Below are positions 28,725 through 36,873 of a stretch of DNA of 64,000 bases, in pieces. The stretch's first letter is position 1. Every line of letters begins with the position of its first letter. The translations under genes were made by a program, and so were the position numbers. The stretch is taken from the NCBI GenBank assembly GCA_039186015.1, contig JBCDAH010000002.1, forward strand, positions 4,601 through 68,600, written 5' to 3'. Origin of the DNA: Pseudomonadota bacterium. GTDB taxonomy: Bacteria; Pseudomonadota; Alphaproteobacteria; Rhizobiales; Hyphomicrobiaceae. The notes under the pieces are model-generated. The model searched no databases, was not told where the DNA came from, and worked only from the letters and a program-made list of their open reading frames with translations.

Positions 28725-29050
28725 GGCGTACGCTCCATGCATTCGCAGACGAGCCATCGGTTCCGGCTATCGACATCGCGGACGGACACGATGTCGAGAT
28801 AGCGCCCTTCGAACCCAATGCGCTGATGCCGCGTGACGTCGGAGCGATAGCGCAGCGTGACCTGATGGGTCGTCCGACCGACGACGCGGTCGCCTTCGAC
28901 GACGTCGCGCCCGCTCTGCGGTACGACTTTGGCGAACACCTTTGCGATGGTGTGCCACGATTCCGTTGCAGCCCCACCCGCAATCGTGGTCCGGACGGAC
29001 TGCTCAATCACGATACGGTGGCGCAGGTCGCCAATTGCAGATCCGCTCAT
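28721..29050 (-). CDS. GTA g7-like head-tail adaptor / head closure protein
   Basis: 109 aa. LRHRIVIEQ...W..IAKVFAKV...GRE-like pattern. ATGA overlap with the g6 stop. Confidence 0.7.
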   Translation of the reverse strand: MSGSAIGDLRHRIVIEQSVRTTIAGGAATESWHTIAKVFAKVVPQSGRDVVEGDRVVGRTTHQVTLRYRSDVTRHQRIGFEGRYLDIVSVRDVDSRNRWLVCECMERTP

Positions 29051-29613
29051 AGCTTCACCGGCCGATAGGGTGAGAGAAGGTCGGAAACAGTTGTCGGCAC
29101 CTTCGAGGAGCCGCCGGGCCCCATTGCCACGGGTTCGCGCACCTCATACCAATGCGCGATCAACAACAGCAGCGCGTGACGGATGGCGTCCGGCACATCA
29201 GTCGGGGCATCTCCGAATCCCACCGTCATGTCGATGTCCACGGTATCGAACGCGGTCACCACCGTCATCGCGGGCAGGCACACGCGCTCCGGCCGCGACG
29301 TCCGGTCGATCAAGATGTCATCCAAATCGATCGCCGTGGATACGCCGGCGCTGTCAACGATGCGGACGGCATCCAACGATTGCACGGGATGCAGCCGCAG
29401 TGGAATGATCCGCCGGTCTGTTTGCTTGACCGATTGGGTCCACCTTTGCGTGATCAATGCGAGATCGAGCGCCGCTTCGACATGCAGCCGCGATGTCGTG
29501 ATCAGGCTCGTGATAAACGCATCCTCGACGACGTGTTCGAGACGAAGAAAGGTCTTCGCATCGGCGAGCGTCAGCGGCTCGACGGCAGGTGCGACCGTCT
29601 GCGACAGTGCCAT
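29047..29613 (-). CDS. GTA g6-like head-tail connector (gp6-like DNA packaging protein)
   Basis: LTLADAKTFLRLEHVVEDAFITSLITTSRLHVE is the gp6-like N-terminal motif. The longest ORF extends to 29691. Confidence 0.7.
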   Translation of the reverse strand: MALSQTVAPAVEPLTLADAKTFLRLEHVVEDAFITSLITTSRLHVEAALDLALITQRWTQSVKQTDRRIIPLRLHPVQSLDAVRIVDSAGVSTAIDLDDILIDRTSRPERVCLPAMTVVTAFDTVDIDMTVGFGDAPTDVPDAIRHALLLLIAHWYEVREPVAMGPGGSSKVPTTVSDLLSPYRPVKL

Positions 29614-29776
29614 ATCGGATCCAGCCTGGGTTACTGAGTTACGCATCGAGTCGCTGCCGGGACCCAGTGGAGCCCCGGCGCGCGACATCATCGGTTGACG
29701 CCATAGCGGCGACGACCTGTTCGGCGGGGAACACCCGCGCCGACGTCATGACAGTCAGTGCTGAAGCGCAGACGCT

Positions 29777-31030
29777 CTAGCCTGCAAAAGCCAGGAGCTT
29801 GATCGCATCAAAGTCCTGTACGCCGCCGCCGACCCGTTTGGTCGTGTAGAACAAGACGTACGGCTTCGATGAGTACGGGTCGCGCAGGACGCGCACACCG
29901 ACCCGGTCGACGATCAAATACCCGCGGCGGAAGTCGCCGAACGCAATGGCGTTTGCGTCCGCGGCCACGTCGGGCATGTCCTCGGCTTCGACAACACTAT
30001 AGCCCATCAATGTTGGCGTCTGACCCGGTGCCGCTGCAGGCTGCCAGATGTAGTTGCCGTCACCGTCCTTCAGCTTGCGGACCGCGGCCTGGGTTGCGCG
30101 ACTCATGACGAATGTCGCGTTGGCGCGATACGTCGCCTTGAGTGCATAGATCAGATCGATCAACACATCGGCGGGCGCACTTGCCGGGAAAGCGCCGGCG
30201 GCTCCGGTTGCCAGCGTGCCGATGTTGCCCCACGACCAGGCCGAGTCTGCAACGGTCGGGTAGACCAGGAAACCACGCGGTTTGTTCACGCCGTCGCCCG
30301 TGACGAAGGCCGTGCCCTCCTGCTCGGCGAACGCCCCCCGGATCTCCTCCGCGATCCAGTCGTCGATGTTGACGGCACTATCATCAAGGAGCGATTGGGT
30401 CGCGGCCGGCATCGCATAGAGTTCCATCGTCGGGAACGACAACTCAGCCAGGGTCGGCGCATCCGTTTCCGATCGCACCGCCGTCTCGCCAACCCAACCG
30501 GCAGCAGCCCCCGACGTTGCGAATGGCTTCTTGAACACCGCACTCGAGACCTGACGCACGCCGGCAATCGAGCGGATCGGAGAAATCTGCCGCAGCGCGG
30601 CATTGATCGTGCTCTCCGTCTCGTCAGGAACGAGATAGCCTCCGTCGGCATCAGACGACGCAGAAAGTGCCTTGGCTTCAAAACCTCGGATGGCGGCAGC
30701 ATCGCCCGACCGTACATAGGCATCGAAGGCGTGCTTGTGTTCGAGGTTGGTGACCGGCGAGTCCAGACCACCACCAAGCGTTGGGCGCGCCGCCTTGTAG
30801 GCCAGACCATCCATCGTCCGCTGATGACGATCGAGTTCCTGATTAATGCGTGCGAGCTTGTCGTCAGTCAGCACATCCGCAGACTGGCGGCGCTCGATTT
30901 CATCGAGCCTCAAGTCGTTGGTTTCCTTGAAGGCCTCGAAAGCGCGCACGAGATCGTCGATTGCGACGACAACGTTGTCCGATGCAGCTTTTGTTTCCAT
31001 CTTTGTTTCCATGTCGGTCGGGTTCACCAC
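29777..31030 (-). CDS. HK97-family major capsid protein (GTA g5-like)
   Basis: About 410 aa, with an N-terminal coiled scaffold-like delta domain followed by an HK97-fold body (GGYLVPDE, FVTGDGVNKPRGF). GTG at 31030 or ATG at 31012. The N-terminus carries a 12-nt tandem duplication encoding METK-METK. Confidence 0.85.
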   Translation of the reverse strand: MVNPTDMETKMETKAASDNVVVAIDDLVRAFEAFKETNDLRLDEIERRQSADVLTDDKLARINQELDRHQRTMDGLAYKAARPTLGGGLDSPVTNLEHKHAFDAYVRSGDAAAIRGFEAKALSASSDADGGYLVPDETESTINAALRQISPIRSIAGVRQVSSAVFKKPFATSGAAAGWVGETAVRSETDAPTLAELSFPTMELYAMPAATQSLLDDSAVNIDDWIAEEIRGAFAEQEGTAFVTGDGVNKPRGFLVYPTVADSAWSWGNIGTLATGAAGAFPASAPADVLIDLIYALKATYRANATFVMSRATQAAVRKLKDGDGNYIWQPAAAPGQTPTLMGYSVVEAEDMPDVAADANAIAFGDFRRGYLIVDRVGVRVLRDPYSSKPYVLFYTTKRVGGGVQDFDAIKLLAFAG

Positions 31031-31761
31031 GGCTTTACCTCTTTCAGTGCTGGGGCGTTGCGATTGGATCGGAGCAAGGCGGCGGCTTCGGCAATGCGTG
31101 TTGTCAGCTGTTGCTCCACCGATGAGGCCCGCCCCGCATCTCGCCGGAGTGCCAGGCCTTTGAAGCCATCGCGCATCAACGCGCTGGCTTCTGAGCGTGT
31201 GAACCCAGCATCCCGCGTGAGCCAGCGCTCAAACTCCCGCACGCTTGGCACATGATCGGCAAACGGCGGTGATTTCACAGAGGCGACGCGGGCGTCTGCC
31301 AGCATCGGAAATGTGACAATTGAGATCTCCCAGAGATCGACTTCATGCAGATGACGCGTGCCGGTACGGCGGTACCGCACAGATCGTGCCGCGCGGAAGC
31401 CAATCGAAAGACCATCAATCGCACCGGCCCGCATCAACGCCAGAACTTCACGCGCGCGTGCCACTTCCGGCATCAAGCGGCCGCGTGCGAACAGCCCTCG
31501 CGCATCCTCGTGCAGGCGTTCCCAAATACCGATCGGCTGGTTGGGATCGTGCTGGAAGAGCAGTTTGACACCATCCGGCCCGCGAGCGCGCAACGATTTT
31601 CGAAAGGCTCCGGGCTTCACGACATCGCGCCCGAGATCTTCGCGATTGAACAGGCTCGCGTACCCTTCAAAGGTTCCGTCCAGCGAGGCCCCCTTGAGAT
31701 CGAGCGCGCAAAACTTCACCTCGGTCGCAGCCTCTAGCAGCGGCCTTCTTACATCCGGCAT
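31024..31761 (-). CDS. HK97-family prohead protease (GTA g4-like)
   Basis: FEGYASLFN..DLGRDVV.PGAF, LLFQHD and SIGF are motifs of the peptidase S78/U35 family. Confidence 0.8.
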   Translation of the reverse strand: MPDVRRPLLEAATEVKFCALDLKGASLDGTFEGYASLFNREDLGRDVVKPGAFRKSLRARGPDGVKLLFQHDPNQPIGIWERLHEDARGLFARGRLMPEVARAREVLALMRAGAIDGLSIGFRAARSVRYRRTGTRHLHEVDLWEISIVTFPMLADARVASVKSPPFADHVPSVREFERWLTRDAGFTRSEASALMRDGFKGLALRRDAGRASSVEQQLTTRIAEAAALLRSNRNAPALKEVKPW

Positions 31762-31834
31762 GTTCTCGTCCTGGGTTTGCGATCGAAGAGGTTGGTATTG
31801 GTTCTGCGTCAGGCGTTGGCGTCAGTAATTGGCG

Positions 31835-32947
31835 TCAGGCGTCTGCGTCGATCGGGCCGTAGCCGACTGCCGTCCGCTTTTCATTGGTTGACAGGAAGCT
31901 GGCCCCGTTGAGCCGGTCCCACAGTGCGTCACGCTCCGTCCTCAGCGCTTCGACAGCATCGAGATCCGGCCGGAACGAGAGCGTTTGCGCGAACGCAGGA
32001 GCGAGCCAGTTACCAAAGGCGCGCGCGGTGCGATTAACCAGCGGCAACACGGTCTGGCGCCAGAACGCACGATTGGCCTCTCGATAGTTGTCGTAGTGGT
32101 TGTCGCCGGGAATACCGAGCAGCATTGGCGGCACGCCCAGCGCGAGTGCGATGTCGCGTGCCGCGCCGTTCTTGGCAGTTGCGGAGTCCATGTCCCGCGG
32201 CGACAGGCTCATGGTCTTCCATTCGAGACCGCCTTCCAAAAGAAGCGGACGACCGGCATTTCTTGCGCCTTGGAAACTGTCTTCCAGCTCCGCCTTGAGA
32301 CGCGCGAACTGTTCTGCCGTCAGCTGCTCGGCGGCGTTGTAGACCAAAGCGCCAGACGGACGGGCGGCATTGTCCAGCAGCGCCTTGCTCCAACGGCTAC
32401 AGCTATTGTGAATGTCAATGGCCGTGGCCGCGGCCTCGATCGGCGACAGACCATAGTGATCATCAAACGGATGAAAGAGGCGCAAGTGCAAGAGTTTGGG
32501 GACGCCGTCAACGACGTCGCCGTTGATCACCTTACGTCGACCATTGACACGATATTCGTGGGCTGTCGGCCAGCCGTCCTGATCGGTCAGTGTGCGGACC
32601 CGGTCTGGCCGGAGCAGATGTAACCCGGCAATACCTTGATTACCGGCGACCGCTTCGGCGTAGGCGTTTCCGGACACGAGCAGGTGCCCGTACCAGGTCT
32701 CGAAAAAGTCGGTCGCGGTCTGGCCGGGCGCCGGGCGCATCATCAGCTCCTGAACGGGTGACTGATCCTGCGGGGCGTCGCCCTCATAGGCCAACAACGG
32801 AACCGAAGCGGCCGCCTCGGATATGAGGCGCACACACCGATACACAACGGCATTTCGCATCATGCCGTGGCGCGCGAAACCCGCATAATCGCGCGGCGCC
32901 CAGTTGGCGTGGGTTAGGTTCTCTATCGCAACCAGGGGGCGTGCCAT
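31835..32947 (-). CDS. HK97-family portal protein (GTA g3-like)
   Basis: 370 aa, with conserved blocks NAVVYRCVRLISEA, SGNAY and LLEGGLEWK. Lies between the terminase and the protease. Confidence 0.85.
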   Translation of the reverse strand: MARPLVAIENLTHANWAPRDYAGFARHGMMRNAVVYRCVRLISEAAASVPLLAYEGDAPQDQSPVQELMMRPAPGQTATDFFETWYGHLLVSGNAYAEAVAGNQGIAGLHLLRPDRVRTLTDQDGWPTAHEYRVNGRRKVINGDVVDGVPKLLHLRLFHPFDDHYGLSPIEAAATAIDIHNSCSRWSKALLDNAARPSGALVYNAAEQLTAEQFARLKAELEDSFQGARNAGRPLLLEGGLEWKTMSLSPRDMDSATAKNGAARDIALALGVPPMLLGIPGDNHYDNYREANRAFWRQTVLPLVNRTARAFGNWLAPAFAQTLSFRPDLDAVEALRTERDALWDRLNGASFLSTNEKRTAVGYGPIDADA

Positions 32948-32953
32948 GCAGCC

Positions 32954-34369
32954 TCAAATCCTTCTAACGGTGGGCGTCGCAGGTGCGTCGAGCACAAGAT
33001 CCGTCAAGGCCCAAACCAACGCGTCGAGGCGGTCGGGGCTGCGGGTGGCCGTTCCGGCCTCACTACCAAACGTCAGCATTTGTGCTTCCAGCGCTCCAAA
33101 GTGCCCGACATGGGCAACACGGCCTTCGGCATAGAGGGCCGCGACCGGTTCCGCCCGCAGCCACTTTCCGCGCGTGGCACGAACCTTGCGCAACGGAACG
33201 TCGCGCGCCGCCTGGCGGAGAACGCTCTCGACCAGGTCGCCGCCCTGGTTTACTTCAGCGACGACTCGATCGGCTTCGAAGTCGCGATAGGCTGCGACGG
33301 CGGCACGGGCCCAGACGTCTGGTGTGCGCCCCTGGACCGTTCGATCGGCGAGGACGTAAGCGCGCCCATCAATACCGCGCCCGACAACAACGAGGCCGCA
33401 GGCATCCGAGGCGGCATGCGCCGTCACGGGTGGGTCGACGCCAACGACGATGCGGCAAAGCTCCGGCGGCTTTGAAATCCGATGGCTGGCAATCCAGTCC
33501 TCACGCCACAGGGCCCCGATCTGAACCGCGATCAGCTCGCCGTCGAGTTCCTGCCGCCCCAGCAAAGATCCGCCATAGCGCTTGCGCATCTGGTCGACGA
33601 AACCGGGTGCCAGATTGGCCGCATTCGCCTCCGTTCGTGCATGCGTCACAACCGTCGCCGGGTCGTCTATGAGTTGCTGCAGCAATGGAATGGCGCGCGG
33701 CGTGGTGGTCACCAGCGCGCGCGGCGCATGTCCAAGGCGTAGGCCGAACTGCAGCATGTCCCACACCGCAGCCGGGCGACGCCACTTGGCAAGCTCATCA
33801 CACCAGGCCGCATGAAACTGCGGGCCGCGCAGCGCGTCGGGAGTCTCGGCTGAGATGACCTGCGCGACTGTGCCGTTCGGCCACGTCAGCGTGCCCTTTG
33901 AGGCCACAAACTCCGGTCGTTCCTCATCACTATGAACCGAAAGAACACCGGACTCACCTTCGATCATAACGCTGCGAACATCGTGCGCCGTCTCCCCGAT
34001 CAACGCCATGCGAGACGCAGGCCGATCTGAAAATGGTGCCAAACCCAGAGCCAGCGCGCGGACCCACTCGGCACCAGCCCGCGTCTTCCCTGCCCCACGT
34101 CCGCCGAGAAACAGCCAGGTGCGCCACGGCCCGCCGTTGGCCGTGCCGGCCGGAGGCAGCTGATCGTCCCGCGCCCAAACTTCCCAATCTTGCAAAAGGC
34201 GGGCGAAGGTTTCAGCCGGCCAACTTGCGATCTCAGCCTTCAGGGCTTCCGCTGTCGGTCCCGAGACGTTCGCGCAGGCGATGAATGCGCTCCGTAATGC
34301 TGTGGCGGAATGCGTTCTGATCGTCGATGACATGCGCGTCGCCCTTGGGACCACGTTTCCTTGTTGCAT
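32954..34369 (-). CDS. terminase large subunit (GTA g2-like)
   Basis: WEVWARDDQLPP and FLGGRGAGKTRAGAEWV (Walker A), followed by a C-terminal nuclease-like domain. The 5' end is ambiguous because the longest ORF overlaps g1 by 137 nt. Confidence 0.85.
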   Translation of the reverse strand: MQQGNVVPRATRMSSTIRTHSATALRSAFIACANVSGPTAEALKAEIASWPAETFARLLQDWEVWARDDQLPPAGTANGGPWRTWLFLGGRGAGKTRAGAEWVRALALGLAPFSDRPASRMALIGETAHDVRSVMIEGESGVLSVHSDEERPEFVASKGTLTWPNGTVAQVISAETPDALRGPQFHAAWCDELAKWRRPAAVWDMLQFGLRLGHAPRALVTTTPRAIPLLQQLIDDPATVVTHARTEANAANLAPGFVDQMRKRYGGSLLGRQELDGELIAVQIGALWREDWIASHRISKPPELCRIVVGVDPPVTAHAASDACGLVVVGRGIDGRAYVLADRTVQGRTPDVWARAAVAAYRDFEADRVVAEVNQGGDLVESVLRQAARDVPLRKVRATRGKWLRAEPVAALYAEGRVAHVGHFGALEAQMLTFGSEAGTATRSPDRLDALVWALTDLVLDAPATPTVRRI

Positions 34370-34754
34370 TGGCGACCTGGGAGGCGTCCAAAACCTCGAG
34401 TTTCTCGAGATTGCGGATGAGACCGCTCAAGGCCCTGGCCTCACGCTCGTGATCAGCCGCGGAAAGGTTTCGGTCGTCGCGCTCCATGCTTGTCTCCAGT
34501 CGTTGAAGCTGCCGTTCAACGGCAGCGCGCAAGCGGGCAGCTAACTCGCCCGCGTTGCGGACCGGTTTGCTGTACCGGCTGATGGGCCGTAGCGTGGCCC
34601 GGGTTTCAGGCACCGACCAAGCCTCTGTGCGCGCGCGCCGATAAATCTGCGAACGCGATACGGCAAACTTTGTCGCGAGCTCGGCAACGGTCGTGTCGCC
34701 ACGCTCATAGGCAGCACGAATTGCCGCCCAATCCCGTCGTGATTGATCGGTCAT
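34233..34754 (-). CDS. GTA g1-like protein (putative small terminase / HTH protein)
   Basis: 173 aa at the head of the cluster. N-terminal HTH-like WAAIRAAYERGDTTVAELATKFAVSRSQIYRRA, then a coiled-coil region. Confidence 0.6.
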   Translation of the reverse strand: MTDQSRRDWAAIRAAYERGDTTVAELATKFAVSRSQIYRRARTEAWSVPETRATLRPISRYSKPVRNAGELAARLRAAVERQLQRLETSMERDDRNLSAADHEREARALSGLIRNLEKLEVLDASQVANATRKRGPKGDAHVIDDQNAFRHSITERIHRLRERLGTDSGSPEG

Positions 34755-34771
34755 TCCCGGACATTTTTGAT

Positions 34772-34822
34772 GGGTTCAGGTACTTATGGATTTCAGGTGC
34801 TGATAGATTTCAGGACTTGAAA
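34772..34822. repeat. three tandem 17-bp imperfect repeats with core TTCAGG (CCTGAA on the GTA coding strand); a fourth core lies at 34847-34852
   Basis: Units are gggTTCAGGtacttatg / gatTTCAGGtgctgata / gatTTCAGGacttgaaa. The cores start at 34775, 34792 and 34809. The array lies 18-70 nt upstream of the g1 ATG. Confidence 0.7.
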
Positions 34823-35243
34823 CGCTATGAGGCCGGCTTATCGCGTTTCAGGTTTCGCGCGAACCATACCCCACTTGTTCTTTCACCTGTTCTCTAGGTC
34901 TTTAAGTTTTCAAGTCTTTGGGTCTTCGTGGCCGGCCACCCAACGGGACGATTGCATGGGTGGCTCAACGATATCGGATGGTTCCGATGTTGTTCCGTCA
35001 AGATTGCCGCACTCGGCAACATCTGACTTCGGGAGGAGATGTGGGCTAGTGAAGCGAGTCCGCCCATGGCGAACATGATCTGGAACCACTCAGCCACAAT
35101 TCCCGAGCATGAATTAAAAGTATCAAATCACCGTCGCGCTGTCAAGCCAAATATCTGATTTTCAATTGCTTTTTCGTTTCTCGACTTTGCAAAACCGATA
35201 ATGATACGGCAAACCTCTTCGACGGGGATAAGTTTGCATCCCG

Positions 35244-36119
35244 CTATTTGTTGGCCGGCGTCCGCTCCTTATAAAGTACGAAAATGCCGGCACCGAATAT
35301 CAACGCGCCGCCAATCCAGGTCGATCCGTCGGGTGCTTGCGCGAACAGGATGTAGCCCAGAAGGGCCGCCCAGACCAACTTGAGAAAGTCAAACGGCATG
35401 ACGGCTGTGGCGTCCGCCTGCTTCAGGCTTTCGGCGAGCGCCAGCTGTGCGATTGTTCCAGATACGCCGATAAACACAAGCATCATCCAGGCGAATGCAC
35501 TGGGCCACGTCCAGGTCAGGAGTGCCGGAACAAATGAGAGCACGCTCAAAAGGATACTCATATAACCTGTAATCGTTAGGCTGCTCTCCGTTCGCGCGAG
35601 CTTTTTAATCACAATCATGGTCACCGCCCAAGTTGCGGCAGAGCCGATAACGAGGATCGCGCCAATATCAATTGCGACCAAATCAAGACGCAAAACGATA
35701 GCGGTTCCAAGAAAACCGAGCACTGTCGCGCCAATTCGCGTCGCGTCGAGCCGCTCATTGAGAAACATCACGCTGAGGATGGCCATAAACAGAGGTGCCG
35801 TAAACGCCAAAGCTGTGACCCGCGCAATCGGTGTCATGGCGAGGGCGGAAAAGAAGGCCAGCATTGCGCCAACGTTCAAAAGTGCGCGTAAGATGTGCAT
35901 GCTCAGTCGGTCCGTGCGCAAAAATCCCAGGCCGGACCGAAAAACCACCGGCAGAAAAATCAAGAGACCGAAGAAATTGCGAAAAAACGCGATTTGAAAC
36001 GGATGCAGTTCGCTGGAAATAAACGAAATAGCCGCATGCATGGTCGAAAAACAAACCGTCGATGCGACCATCAAAATAATACCGCGGATAGCCGGGCTGC
36101 TCGACATCCAATAACTCAT
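35244..36119 (-). CDS. DMT-superfamily (EamA-like) transporter
   Basis: 10-TM profile with duplicated EamA-like halves. Start at MSYWMSSSPAIRG; the longest ORF extends to 36203. Confidence 0.7.
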   Translation of the reverse strand: MSYWMSSSPAIRGIILMVASTVCFSTMHAAISFISSELHPFQIAFFRNFFGLLIFLPVVFRSGLGFLRTDRLSMHILRALLNVGAMLAFFSALAMTPIARVTALAFTAPLFMAILSVMFLNERLDATRIGATVLGFLGTAIVLRLDLVAIDIGAILVIGSAATWAVTMIVIKKLARTESSLTITGYMSILLSVLSFVPALLTWTWPSAFAWMMLVFIGVSGTIAQLALAESLKQADATAVMPFDFLKLVWAALLGYILFAQAPDGSTWIGGALIFGAGIFVLYKERTPANK

Positions 36120-36246
36120 GCCGCGACTTCGCGCCCGCATCGCCCTGCAGCCAAGACGGCTCGACATACGGTGCGCACGGTCAGCCTGCAGGCCGAACGC
36201 CATTGGCGCCGAACGCGGCGCAACGGGAACGCCTTAGAGCCAGCCA

Positions 36247-36780
36247 TCACGCCTCATACCGGTCGCCAACGTCATCCCCTTCATCGGGCACGTCCCAGTC
36301 TTCAACAATGTAGTCCGCCAGCGAGTCGGGCTTGGCCGCAGTCTCAGGCAGACACCATGACGTTACTGAGATGCCGGCTTGCTGCACCGTTTCCTGGGTG
36401 CCGGACACGAGCGGATGCCACCAGGACAAGTCCTGCCCCTCGGAAATTCGGCGATAGGCACACGTGGGCGGCAGCCAGGACAGCGTTCGCGCCGCATCCG
36501 GATCGAGCGAGATACAATCTGGTACCCGCACCTGTCGGTTCGCATAGTCACGACATCGGCACGATTTGAGGTCAAGTAGTCGGCATGCGAGGTTGGTGAG
36601 GTAGATGTCGCCGGTATCTTCATCCTCGACTTTCAGGAGGCAGCATCGCCCACACCCGTCGCATAGGCTTTCCCACTCGCCTTGGGTCATTTCGTGCAGC
36701 TGCTTTCGCTGCCAGAATGGCGCATCGGCAGCCGAAGCCTGCGATCCGTCAGTTATTTGCGGGCGTGTTGTGCGTTGCAT
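36247..36780 (-). CDS. ycgN: YcgN-family cysteine-cluster protein (UPF0260)
   Basis: [29 protein letters not shown]...[15 protein letters not shown] is the YcgN signature. Confidence 0.8.
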   Translation of the reverse strand: MQRTTRPQITDGSQASAADAPFWQRKQLHEMTQGEWESLCDGCGRCCLLKVEDEDTGDIYLTNLACRLLDLKSCRCRDYANRQVRVPDCISLDPDAARTLSWLPPTCAYRRISEGQDLSWWHPLVSGTQETVQQAGISVTSWCLPETAAKPDSLADYIVEDWDVPDEGDDVGDRYEA

Positions 36781-36873
36781 ATCGTGGTAATTGGGACTAC
36801 CGAACTGTATGTCGGGCGGTGCATTGAGCCGCAATCAAAGCGGCAACAGCTAAATGTTGCAACGGGGTGAAAC

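Larger units (their letters stand above)
20573..34754 (-). mobile_element. RcGTA-like gene transfer agent head-tail structural cluster (g1 to g15 order)
   Basis: 16 co-oriented genes in the canonical order: g1, terminase, portal, protease, capsid, connector, adaptor, DUF3168, major tail, two chaperones, short tape measure, DUF2460, DUF2163, NlpC/P60, large host-specificity protein. Total 14182 bp. No integrase, repressor or replication genes. Confidence 0.85.

Noticed and set aside
20573-34754. Interpretation of the head-tail cluster as an intact or cryptic prophage
   Set aside because: There is no integrase, repressor/antirepressor, replication, recombination or classical separate holin module, and no att-like repeats were noticed. 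The size, gene order and very short tape measure fit the RcGTA paradigm instead.
34894-35097. 67-aa minus-strand ORF upstream of g1 as a possible small GTA regulator
   Set aside because: No ribosome-binding site, no recognisable fold or motif, and a composition typical of a random ORF. Kept only as a low-probability possibility.
34755-35243. Full CtrA box (TTAA-N7-TTAA) in the GTA promoter region
   Set aside because: Only isolated TTAA half-sites are present (near 34904 and 35113), and neither has a second TTAA at the correct 7-nt spacing.
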